Assembly (NCBI GenBank): GCA_013239625.1
Contig: PNXV01006132.1
Span: 1-44,941 of the forward strand
DNA from: Lama guanicoe
Lineage: Eukaryota
Direction of reading: 5' to 3'
Length of the DNA stretch: 44,941 nt
Under the pieces are notes generated by a model. That model had not been told where the DNA came from. It made no database searches and was given only the letters and a program-made list of their open reading frames with translations. Positions within the stretch are counted from its first letter, which is position 1. Every line of letters starts with the position of its first letter. This document shows, in pieces, positions 24,301 to 36,300 of this stretch. A program made the position numbers and the translations under genes.

Positions 24301-27300
24301 TGCTATGGGCTGGTGCCTCTTCTTGGAGACCTAAGGAGAGCTCTTCAGAGCTGTCCAAGGTCAGAGAGGGTCCAGTCCTTACCAAGGTTGGAGAAGTAAA
24401 CCTGGGCCCGGGGCTGGAGGTCAGGAGCCAGCAGGCTGCAGTTACCCGTGAACTCTGAGCTGAGGCTGTGGGGCCGCCGGGTCGGCACTTGAATGCAGAT
24501 CTGGAGGAGGGGGAGAGGGAGAGGGAAAAGCCTGGGTCACCCCAGCCCAGGGCCCCTAGTCGCAGCCATCCCCTCACCCCCATGCCAGAACCAAGGGCCT
24601 CAACCAGACAGGGGACACAGGAACAGCTTGCTCACTCCTCAGCAGGGGTAGGAGTCAGTGCTGGGACCAGTGTGCTGGGTCACATGAGGACCTGCGTCAG
24701 AGCCACCATCAGCCCTGGGGTTGGCACCAGGGAGACAGCTGGGCTCAGCCCCGAGAATAACATGCCAGTCAGGACTGGTACCCACAACGGTCGACCACAG
24801 GGGTTAGCACCAGCCTCCCTGAAGCCCTCCATCCTCCCATGCCACACACACTCACCAAAACACCATGCTGGTTCCGGACAGCTGTCACACCCCGGTACCT
24901 CCTTTTTGGGATGGAGACATGCTCTGAAACAGGTAAGCCCAGGTAAGGAGGAGGGATGCTGGGAAGCAGTCTAGGAGCCAAGGTCAGAGGGCACAGGGCC
25001 ATCTTGGTCAGGGCCCCATGAGGAACCAGTAGCCCCTCTGGGCAGCCTCTAGAAGCTGGATAGGGGGGCCTTCAGGGACAGGCCTCTCCCCCAGGCTCAT
25101 CCAGTGCCTCATTCAACATAGGCCCCATGATGTCTGCTCTGTGCCCGGCCTGTGACAGACAGTGACAGGGATCCAGAGAAACACACCTGCTCCTTGTCCT
25201 CCAGGGGCCCCTGGTCTGGTGGGGCAGGCAGGTGGAGAAGCGCCAGCCGGCGGTGTGTGCAGCGCTGGGAGGACTGGCTCTACAAACCGATGAGCCCTTC
25301 TCTCTCAGAGTCCTGTCTCCAGGGACTCTTACTGCCCCACACCCCCGGGGGCAGAGATGTAGCTCCTCCTGCTCCCCGCTCTCCACTGTGGGCCTCAGGG
25401 GACTCATTTCTGAGTCACAGGATCACTCAGTCACCCTACTGGACCATGTCCCCTTCTGAGGCAGAGATTGAGGTCTCACAGAGCCCAGGATTCCTCCTTA
25501 CACAGCCGTCAGCACAGATGGGCCTTCAGTAGGACTGGGTGGGGTGGGGACAGTTTGCTCAATGAGTGAACCAGGTCCATCCATCTGCTGATCAGTGTGA
25601 CTGACTGCCTGATCTAGGGCAGGCCCCTGCTGGATGCTAGCGTGGCCACAGTTAGATCGGGAGGGGAAGGGGTGGATTCCATTGAGGTGTGATGAGCTGG
25701 GATAGGTTGGGTTTTGGAATCAGGTGGAGCTGGGTTTGCATTTCTGGTGCTGCCCAGATGCGTGACCGTAGTCATGCTGGAAACCAAAGGACGTCTCTGG
25801 AAACCAAAGGCTTCCTCTTCTGTAAAATGGCATGGTTTTGAGGGTTAAAGGTATACGAAGCACTTAGCAGAATGGAGTATTCGACACGTTTCAGGTATCA
25901 TTTTTGCTGTTAGGACTGGGTCCAGAATGGTGGGTTGGCGACGAGGGTTGGGAAGGGATGGGACTGGGCATCAGGGTGGAAGGCTTGCTGTCGGTGGTGG
26001 TGGGGCCCGGGGTAGAGGGACTGGGTTAGATGGGGCTGGGGCTGGAATGGTTGGGCTGGATGAGTGGGATTCCTAGAAAGGAGGTCCTCGAGCATTCCCT
26101 GGAGTGAGGGCTGACTTACCAACTGGGTGGCAACGGAGCTCATCGTGGACGAGGGAACATTGATGCAGGGGCTCTGCAGTCCCGCTGGTACTGGGGCTGG
26201 TGACCAGAAGCCTGAGCGGATGGGTAGGCAGCAAAGTTGATCTGGTCAATGATTCCCTTCTCCTCCCTGCCTGCCCAGGCCCAGTCTGTCCATTCCAGGC
26301 CCACAGACCCACAGGCTCTCTGTTTGGAAATCTATAGAGAAGCCCAGACCTGGAAAGGCAGGCAGACTTCCAGCCTGGGACGGCGGACCCTGCATCACAT
26401 GGGAGGCGTTTGCTCAACCTCTACCTTTGCACAGCTCCAGGCAGGAAATGGCTAACTGCCTCCCCTCTCTGCCTGCTGGCCCACCCTGACAGAGATGGGG
26501 GCGATACCGGTGGTACAGAAAGACTCTCTGCTCTTTGGTGGCAGTGGCGGGGAACCAGGAAGCCACCAGCAGCATATTTGGTTCTGTTGGGGGCAGTGCT
26601 GGCTTCCTAGTGGTGGCCGGGGGCCTGCGCCATCTGGCCTCAGTGACAGTGCTTCCCGAGAAGAGTACACTGGTGCCCTTAGCCTATGGGTCGGTCAAAA
26701 CTGGAGGTTTCAGTGGGTGGGCACCTCAGCCTGATTAAGGCAGTCTCCAGAGATGTAATTGCTAATGCAGATTACATTACAGACTCTGCCCCCTGCCCTG
26801 AGCCCAGGAGGACAGCAGAGAGCCAGTGTTGGCCGAAACATCCTCACTGTCCCTGCTGCCCAGGGAGGTTTGGGCTGCCCCGAGACAGGGAGAGAGCTCC
26901 CCATCCCAGGGGTTGTGAGTAGTGGGTACTGGGGAAGGCGCCCTGAGACGGGCTTGGTAACAGTGAGCCAAGTTCAAGGTCTTTATGCTGAAGGCAGTAG
27001 GAAGCCACAGAGGACTTTGTAAAGGGGAAGTGCATGATTAGTCCGTGTTTATAAAGGGGAAACATGATGAAAAGTTCAAAGTGAGCTACAGTGGACGGGG
27101 GGCAGGAACGAGGTGCTGTTTCCACTTCCTCATCTCCCATCACTGGACACTTAAAAAAATGACGATATATGTCATTCACTTATCTCCACGGTTTACAGAA
27201 GAATAATAAAATCCACACCTGGGTGTGCCCTAGCCAGTCCACCCACCCCAAGCTGACTCCCGCCCTCTGATAGGGCTCCTGTCAAGGTCAGCTGTGGTCC

Positions 27301-30300
27301 CCACCTTGCCAAATCCAAGGGACACCTTTCTGTCCTGATCTTCCTCAACCTCTCAGCAGCCTTGGACATAAGCAAACATCTCCTCCCTGAAACCCTTGTG
27401 TTTTGATTTCCCTTGACCCCTCTCATTATTCTTTCCCAAATGCCTTAGCTTGCTCCTTCATTGTCTGACTTCTAAATGTCACTGGTGTCCCGGGGCTGGC
27501 TCCTTGTTTTCCTCTCCAGCATGCTCTAGTGATCCCTTCCAATCCCCTGGCTTCAATATACCTGTCAGTGCTGAAATTCCCACCTTTGTATCTGCAGCGC
27601 TAGCGTCCCTCCCACAGAAGCCAGACCAGCATAGCTGTAGAAAGCAGAATAATGACCCACCACCCCAGAGAGGTCCAGGCCCTAATGCCCAGGACTGTGA
27701 AGAAGCTACTTTTTAGGGCAAAAGGTGCTTTGTAGGTTTGATTAAGTTAAGGATCATGTGATGGGGCAGATTATTTGGGTGGGCCCAATGTAATCACAAG
27801 GGTCCTTATGAAAGGGAGGCAGGAGAGTCAGAGTCAGAGATCTGAAGATGGAGCAAGAGGCCACAAGCCAAGGAAGGCAGGCAGCCTCCCCAGAAGCCAA
27901 AAGAGGTGAGGAAACGATTCTCCCCTCAAGCCTCCAGGAGGAACACAGCCCTGCTAACGCCTTGATTTCAGCCCAATAAGACCCATTTCGGACTTCTCCT
28001 GAACTGCCAGGTAATACAATTGAGCTGTTTTAAGCCACTAAGTTTGGGGTGAATTGTTACAGCAGCCTTAAGAAATGGATAAATAACAACTGCCCTTTGT
28101 CTAATAGGCGTTTCAAACTTAGAAAGTCCAAACAGAACAACAGCCCTGTCCTCCTGTGCGGGACCTTTCCACCTCCGCGGCCACAACGCAGCACCACCAA
28201 CCACTGCATTCTGGAGTCTGAAGCTCGCGGACACCCTCGCGTTATCTTTTCACCCATGGCCTACATCAAATTCATCAGTAAACCCCGTCGGTTCTTCCTC
28301 CAAATTACACCTAGAGAGCATCTCTTCTCTCTGTTTCCCCTGCCAGCATCATCTTGCCTGGTCTATAGCAACAGCCTCTTAATTGGGGTTGGGTTTTGGG
28401 GGAGGGGTTAAAATTTACTCTCAAAAGTTACGCCATGTCACTCCCGCGGCAGCAGCCTCCCACGCACTTAAGAAAAGAGTCCGCCGCAGCCCGCAGGGGC
28501 CTCGAGCCATCTAGCACCACCCCGCCTCTGAGACGCCCCTCCTGCTCCTCTGCTCTCCCAGCTCTGGCTCCACGCTGGCTGGCTCCTCTTCTGGGACTGC
28601 CCCCAGCTTGGGCCCTCTGCCTTGCTGTGCCCCCTACTCTCCCCAAGCCTGGCTCATTCTCATCCCTTGGCCTCGCTTAACTGTCACCTCCTCACAGATG
28701 CTTCTCCAGCCGGCCCCACTTCACAACCCATTTACTCTGCTTTGTATCACCCTGTTTATTTCCTTCTCAGAATTTGTCCCCATTTGAGAGCATCCTGTTG
28801 ACTTGTTTGTGTGTTTATTACCTATCTCCCCCCACCCCGCCCCCAGACTGTAAGTTCCCCAGGGAATCTTGTCTGTGTTGTTCGCCATGTTATTTCTAAC
28901 ATCTCGAACAGTGGCTGGCACAGAGCAGGGGCTCGGTAAATATTTGTTGAATGACTGTTGAATGGCAGCCCAGGTAGCAGGTGAGGGGGCCGATCTGGGG
29001 CAGGGCTGAGGGGAGGAGGGCTGATGCAGCTGAGATCTGTGGGCTTGCAGCTGAGCTCCCAAATTAGGTCGCCTGCTCAGCAACCTGCCTCTTTCCCCAG
29101 ACCCCTCCCCAGCCTGAGCCTCAGCCCTGGGCCTCAGCCCTGGGCCCAGCACCTTAATCTCTCCTCCCCCACAAAGGTGGGCTCAGAACTTTGCTCCCGC
29201 CCAGACCGTGTTTTGCTAGGGTAGGTGCAGGCCTGGAATAGCCTCCGCTCTCCTTCCCCCTTCAGGCCCTGGGCCCAAGCTGTTTCTTCTGCCTGCAATG
29301 CCTTTTACCTTCTTTCCTGCAGAACAGTTATCCCAAATGCCAGCTCCTCAGGAAGTCACCCCCAAAGTAGGACCACCTTGACCCTCTCCAAGCCCTCCAG
29401 GAAGCCCTCACTCTTCCTTTATTCTTAGCTTTTGTTCCCACATAGATTGTGATTTCCTGAGAGACAACCATGTACAGTTGCACAGGCTGTGCAGTGCAGA
29501 ACCCAAGATTGCCATACATATTGGTCACGCTATGCTGTGGCCTGCGGCCCAGTCTGGGCTGCCCCTGCAGCCCAGCCTTTTAAACACCCCCACCGTGGTG
29601 GGTGGTCTCTTGAGCTCCAGATTTATCAACTGAGTGACTAACAAATTCAACAATAACTGAACAACCATCAGCTGGCAGCCCCAGGGACCCTATTACACCT
29701 GGGCTGGGTGCAGCGCGTTTCCTGCCTACCTTCATCCATAACCCATCTTTGTCCTCAGAGTCTATTCCCATCCCGCCCAGGGGGAAGGCCTTTATATTCC
29801 ACTCCATCCTGCTGCAGCTCCCAATGCAGCCAGCCGAGGCTGTTACATCTTAAGGAGGAACAACGTGAGGGAGTGAGAGGGACATGTCATCCTCACAAGG
29901 GGAGCCCAACTGGTTCCTCTGTGGCCCCGGGGCGGCCAGCAGTGCGTTTCCTGCCCTGTGCAGCAGCCTGTGGTCTCAGGCTCCAGTGTCTGCATCAGGA
30001 ACCCAGAACTGCCTCCCACCACATCCTCCTTCCCTGCATGTTCAAACCCACGAGCCCCCCACTCTGCTTCAGCAGGTGTTCAGGGAGGTTTTCTTGCACG
30101 CAGCTGGGCTCTCCCTGCCACCACTGGGTGGGCTGAGAGCCTTCTGCTCCCAGGGCTTCAAAGTCCCCCATCCACTGTGATCTTTCAGTTTGGCTTCTGA
30201 GGCAGGGGACGTTAAGGACTGTTGGGCCTGAAGCTCGTGTGGTGAGGGCCCTGCTGGGGTACTGGTGGGAGGAGCCTGGGCAGGAGACGGTCACCAATAA

Positions 30301-33300
30301 CTCGGGCTGAAATCTGGCCTTGACAAGTCGGGGGAGCAAGCAGAACGCTCACACACTGCAAAGTTTGCAAAACTGAATGCTGACCTAACCCAGAAGCCAT
30401 GATCCAGCAGTTCCACTGCTGGGTACGTGCCTGATAAAAAAAAAAAAGAAGTGCCCTCGCCCAGCAAAAGAAAGTGCGGAGCTGTGCTGTTCCTTCTGAC
30501 CCAAGGAAACTGCCAGAACACTCCTCATTAGCACCGTTCACACAAAGGAAAACTCTAGCAACCTCCATGAGCACCACCGCCTCAGGCAATGCCAGGTCAG
30601 ACTCCTAGACTGCATGCTGAGGGAGAGGAGTCTGACATAACAGAGCACCTACTGCATGCCTCGTTTATGACACGTCCCAAGAACAGGCAGAGCCGGTCCG
30701 TGGAGATGGACAGCGGGGACAGCGCGTAACTCTCCCCACCCGGGCTGTGCCTGGGGGGGAGCACACAGCTGCAGGGGGCTTATGATAGGCCGGCCCTGTT
30801 CTGCCTCTTGATCTGGATGCCACATCCGTGGGTGGCTCACTTCGTGAACATTTCCTGAGCGGCACGCGGACGATGTGGGCAGTTTTCTGTGTGGCAACCA
30901 GAATTCATCTTAATTCATTTTCCTGTAGCCAGATACTTCCTAAGGACCTTCTCACCACCCTCCCTGCTTCAAGCCTTCTGGCTGCCCAGACCCTCTGTGC
31001 CAGGGGACAAGGCACCGCCCACGTCCTCCATCCAATTTCTCATGGCTCTCAGCCTCAGCCTCGACACTTCCCCAGCTCCCCAACCTCACTCAGGCCTTCC
31101 AGACTTCACCCAAGCTGTTCTCAGCCCCGACTCCCCTTCTCATGCCTTCTCACACCAATTCCTACTTGGCCCCCAACTCCCTGTGTCGATGCATAGTCTC
31201 TGGAGGAAGGACACACGTGCCACTGCGTCCCCAAAGCTCCCTGGACATCCCCACAGAGCAGCCATCACTCCTCTTGTCATCGCCTGACTTGCCTGTTTCC
31301 CGCATGAGCCTGGAGCTCCATGAGGGCAGGGACTGTGTCTCCTTCACTTGTCTCCTCCCCGCAGCTTTGCCTGGCACTGAGTAGGTGCTCCTTAAATGAA
31401 TGAATGAGTGAATGGGCCCTGCCCTCACCACTTAAATCTAATGGTCACCAGCTTCTTCACTGTACAATGAGGAAACCAAGCATGGGGTCCAAGCCCAGGT
31501 CCAGGGCTGTGAGGCTGCCCCAGGAGCTGCCACCGTCCACCCATCTCCCACTAAACTGAGCTCTGCTCAGCCAGGAGCCCCAAGCACCTCACCTGGCTCT
31601 GCCCCAAAGCCCTCCGGACCCCCGAGCTCACGGCTCAGGTGTGTTGGGTTTGAAGGAAACCCTGGATCATTGGCCAGAAGCAAGGCAGCGGGGGTGGGGA
31701 GGGGTGGGGAGGGAACCAGCCTGGGGCAGCTGCACGCACAGAAAGAGGCCTATGACCCGCACGAACCAGAGGGGGGAGGGGAGGGACCGCCCTAGATTAA
31801 CGGTGACCAAAGAGACAGCAAAGATATACAACGCATGAACCTTGACCGGACCCTGGCTTCAAAACAAAGCAGCTCTGAAAGTCGTTTTGGTGACAACAGG
31901 GGGACATTGGCATGTGTATCGTGACCCTTCACGGCAGAACTTCTCCTAAAACCAAAGACGTGCCTCTGCACCAGCACCACTCTCACTGTCTGACAGAGTT
32001 CACTGTGGATTTCCTCGCTTATTGTCTGTCTCCCCTGAGTTTAAGGATTTGTGTCTGCTTTGCTCCCCGCTGTATCCTCAGGGCCCGGCATACAGTAGGT
32101 GCTCCATATAAACATTTGTGGCGTGAATGGCCGTGGTATATATTATTCTACAACTTGCCTTTTTCATCTTAGATTGATCCAGTTCATAACCATTGCACTC
32201 ATTTCGTTCAACGAACCTGCTTTTAGCATCACGTCGGATGAATCCCACCTATTCCTTCCAGTTTCCGAGGATGCAGATTTCCCGCCTCTCATGGCTCAAA
32301 ACAATGTCACCATCAGTATCTTTACGTGTGCCTGAGAATGTCCCTAGGGCTGGTATCTGGGAGTGGAATCGATGAGTCAAAGGCCACGTGCATCCTCAGC
32401 TCTGCCCGTAGTGGCAAAATGGTGCTCCAAGGTGATTCTACCAACTCACATGCCCACAAACTCCTGTTTCACCACATCCTTACCAGCAGAATGGTGTCAG
32501 ATTTAAACTGTTTTGCTGATCTAATGGGTGGGTACAGATGATATTTTTAAAATATAAGGTAATGTGTATTGATCTTAAACTTGGCCAGAAATTGTGCCAA
32601 ATCCTTCAGGTGCCTTAACTCAAAGCATCCTTGCAACAACCTGGTGAGGTCAGAAAATATCACCCCACTGCAGAGATGAGAAACTGAGGCTGCTGTAAGT
32701 ATAGAGCAAAGCTGTCTCTGAACCACAGTGACCAGACCCACAGCGTGCCTCGTAACCGCTCTGGCCTGCCTCATATTTTCCATTTAAAAAAAATACTTTT
32801 TGTCACTTGTCCAAACATCTATATAGAGCATGTGTTACTTTTGTAAGGGGCAAAAGAGCCTTAATAAACTTTTTTAAATTGTTTGATGAGTTTATTTTGT
32901 AGCCTTTAGAGTAAATGATAACTTCTCTTTGATCCCTGGGAAATTTAAAAAATTTTTTTGTTGTTTGTTTTGGGCGAGGTACTTAGGTTTATGTATTTTA
33001 ATGGAGGCACTGGGGATTGAACCCAGGACCTCATGTATGCCAGGTGCCTGCGCTCTACCACTGAGCTATACCCTCCCCCTGGGAATTTAATAAACTTTAA
33101 TTTCAAAGAGTTTTTTTAGTCCCCCCACCCCCTCATCCCTGGTAGTGAAGGGGGCCCAGGGTGAGGAGAGGGGCTCTGGCTGGGAGGACTGGCCCTGAGC
33201 TCACAGCCTCTCTCCTGCACGCCCTCCTGAAAGTGACAGGAGGTTCTCCCCAGGCTGTGGGGTGGGGTGCCAAGGCCTTGTCAGGGACCGTCTCAGGCTC

Positions 33301-36300
33301 AACAGGACCCCTTAGTCCTCACACCCCACTCCTTCTCGTCCACCAGACCCCACTCACCAGGTCTGGTTGGTGCTGGAGTCTTGGTGCAGAAGGGAGCTGA
33401 GCACGTAGGGGGCGCCTCCCTCGGGAGTCACCCAGGTCCGGACCACATCCACGTTGAAGGCGGCCACAGGAGCCAGGCCTGAGGAGAAAAAAAGAATATT
33501 TAACAAAAGAGGCACCACTATTCCATCAAATCCTGAGGTGTGGTTATCCCCATTTTACAGATGAAAAAAGCGAGATTCCCAAGGATATTTTTTCCCATGG
33601 GAATAGGGCTGGCATGAAGGCGTGTCTGACCTCAGCTCCTGATCCTCCTACTAAACCAAGTTGTGTTGGCACCAAGGCCCCTTCCTCCAGGAGGCCTTCC
33701 TTGGTTATCTCCCAGAGCTCTGTCACCTTCTCCCACCTCCCACTGTGCACTTTCTACACCTGCCACAGAGCACATGCTCAACACTGTGTCATGGACCAAA
33801 GTTCAAATAGACTATGGGTCCCAGGAGAGGGGCTGCATATATTCTGTCTATGTGACCCCCACCAAGTGACCCAAGAGAAAACATATGTCCTCAAAAATAG
33901 CTGAAAAAAAAAGGAATTTTTATAGCAGCTTTATTTGTAACAATCCCAAACTGGAAACAACCCAAAAGTCCATCAACTGGGGAACAGATAAGCTGGCAGT
34001 GGTGTATTCAGACCGTGGACTGAGTGAAAAGGAACAAACAGCTAACACACACAGCAGGAGGGGTGACTCACAACAGTCACTGTGCTGAGTGCAAGAAGGC
34101 TTACGTAGAAGAGTACTGCGGAATTCCATCTATGTGGTGTTCTGGAACCAGCAAAACTAATCTATAGTAAAAAATATACTGCCTAGGGGAGTCAGGGGTG
34201 AGGATTAACTGGGAGGGGGCAGGAGGGAGCTTTCTGGGGTGATGGAAGTATCTTATATCTCTACAGGTGTTTGGATTACAAACGTGTGCATTTGTCAAAA
34301 GTACATCAAATGGTCCACTTAAAATTTGTGCTTTTCACTGTGTGTAAATTTTACCTCAAAAAAAAAAAACCAATAAGCAAATATTGAACTCTAGTTGATA
34401 GGTATGCTGAAATGTTTAGGGATGACCTGTACTGATGTCTGCCGTTTGATCCTTTCTAAACACCCTTTGGCGGTGTCAACAAAAGCTGAGTATACATGTG
34501 ACTCATACCCCAGCAATTCTACTCTTAGGCATAAACCCAATAGAAATGTGCTCATATGTTCATGAGAAGACATGTACAAAAGTGTTCACAGCCCCACCTC
34601 TTATAATAACCCCAGACTGCAACAACCCAAATATACGTCAACAATAGAAGAAAATGAATAAACTGTGTATTCACCAAGGGAACACTCTAAGGCAATGAAA
34701 ATAATTAATGAAGTGGGTGGATCTCACAAACGCAATGTTGGATGAAAGATGCCAGAAACAAAACAGAACACGTAGTATAATTCTATGTATACAAAGCTCA
34801 AAACAGGCAAATTAATACATAGTATTAGAAGTCAGGAGAGTGGTTACCCTTGGGGGTAAGGTCATGGCTGGAGGGGCTGTGAGAGGTACTTCTTGGATAT
34901 TGGTAATATTCTCTGATTCTCGAAAGGGGTACCAGCACATGGATTTCATTTAATCTGAAAATTCACTAATCTGAATTTCTCCATTTTTGTGTGTGTTCTC
35001 TTCAAAAAAAAAGTTTACATTAAAAAATAATTGCAGGGGGAGGAGGGATAAATTAGGAGTTCAGGATCAACAGACACACCACTAGATATAAAATAGATAC
35101 ACAACAAGGGTTTACCATATAGCACAGGGAACTATGTTTAATATCTTGTAATAACCTATAATGGAAAAGAATCTAAAAATAAGAACATATATACACACAT
35201 ATATAACTGAATTACTTTGCTGTACACCTGAAGCTAACACAATAGTATTAATCAACTATAGTTCAATAAAAAATTAATGATAATAATTGCAAGTGTTTGA
35301 AGCACATTGAATATATAAAAATTCCAGGGATTCATAATAATTCATAAAAGACAGAGAGAAAACAAAAACAAACCAAAACACGGCATTGAAGATGCCAGAA
35401 AGAGAAAGAAAAATACCATATGATAGCACTCATATGTGGAATCTAAAAAATAGAAAGAAAAAAGAAGACACTAATGAATTCATTTACAAAATAGAAACAG
35501 ACTCTCAGACATAGTAAACAATCTTATGGTTACTGGGGGACGGGGGGTGGGAAGGGATAAATTTGGAAGTTTGAGATTTGAAATTGTTAACCACTATATA
35601 TAAAAAATAGATAAAAAACAAATTTCTTCTGTATAGCACAGGGAACTATATTCAATATCTTGTAATAACCTTTAATGAAAAAGAATATGAAAATGAATAT
35701 GCATGTGTGTGTATATATATAATATATATATACACACACATGCATGACTGGGACATGATGCTGTATACCAGAAACTGACACATTGTAACTGATGGTACTT
35801 CAATTAAAAGAAAAAAAAACACTGTATTATCCACCATTAGAAATACCGAGGGCATCACCCCCTTATTCTGAAAATTGACTGTTAAAGGAAGCACTTTTCT
35901 AGACTTTTCTATGTGAGCTGCATTTCAGGGTCACCAAATAGTCCTAGCTGACGAGAAAAAGTTCTTCACAGAAGAATCATTACTAATGAGTGTAGTTAGA
36001 ATAACAGAATCGTAACACAATTTTGTAAGGCACAATGAAATGCAGTAATTAATTCAGTCGACAATCATCCATGGATGAAGCTACTAGATGAAAGTTCGAT
36101 AGAGCACTTTGCAATTAGGCTGACACCCCCTGAGCCCACTGGCTCATCTTACCATCCCTCAGAGTGGGTCCCCCAGGCCTGCGTGCCTTCTGGCGTGACC
36201 CCCTAGGAAGATTACTGGAGCCCAAGACTGCATTTCTAACAAGCTCCCAAGTGATGACCAGGCTGCCATGCCAGTCATCAGCCCACACTTCGAAAATCAA

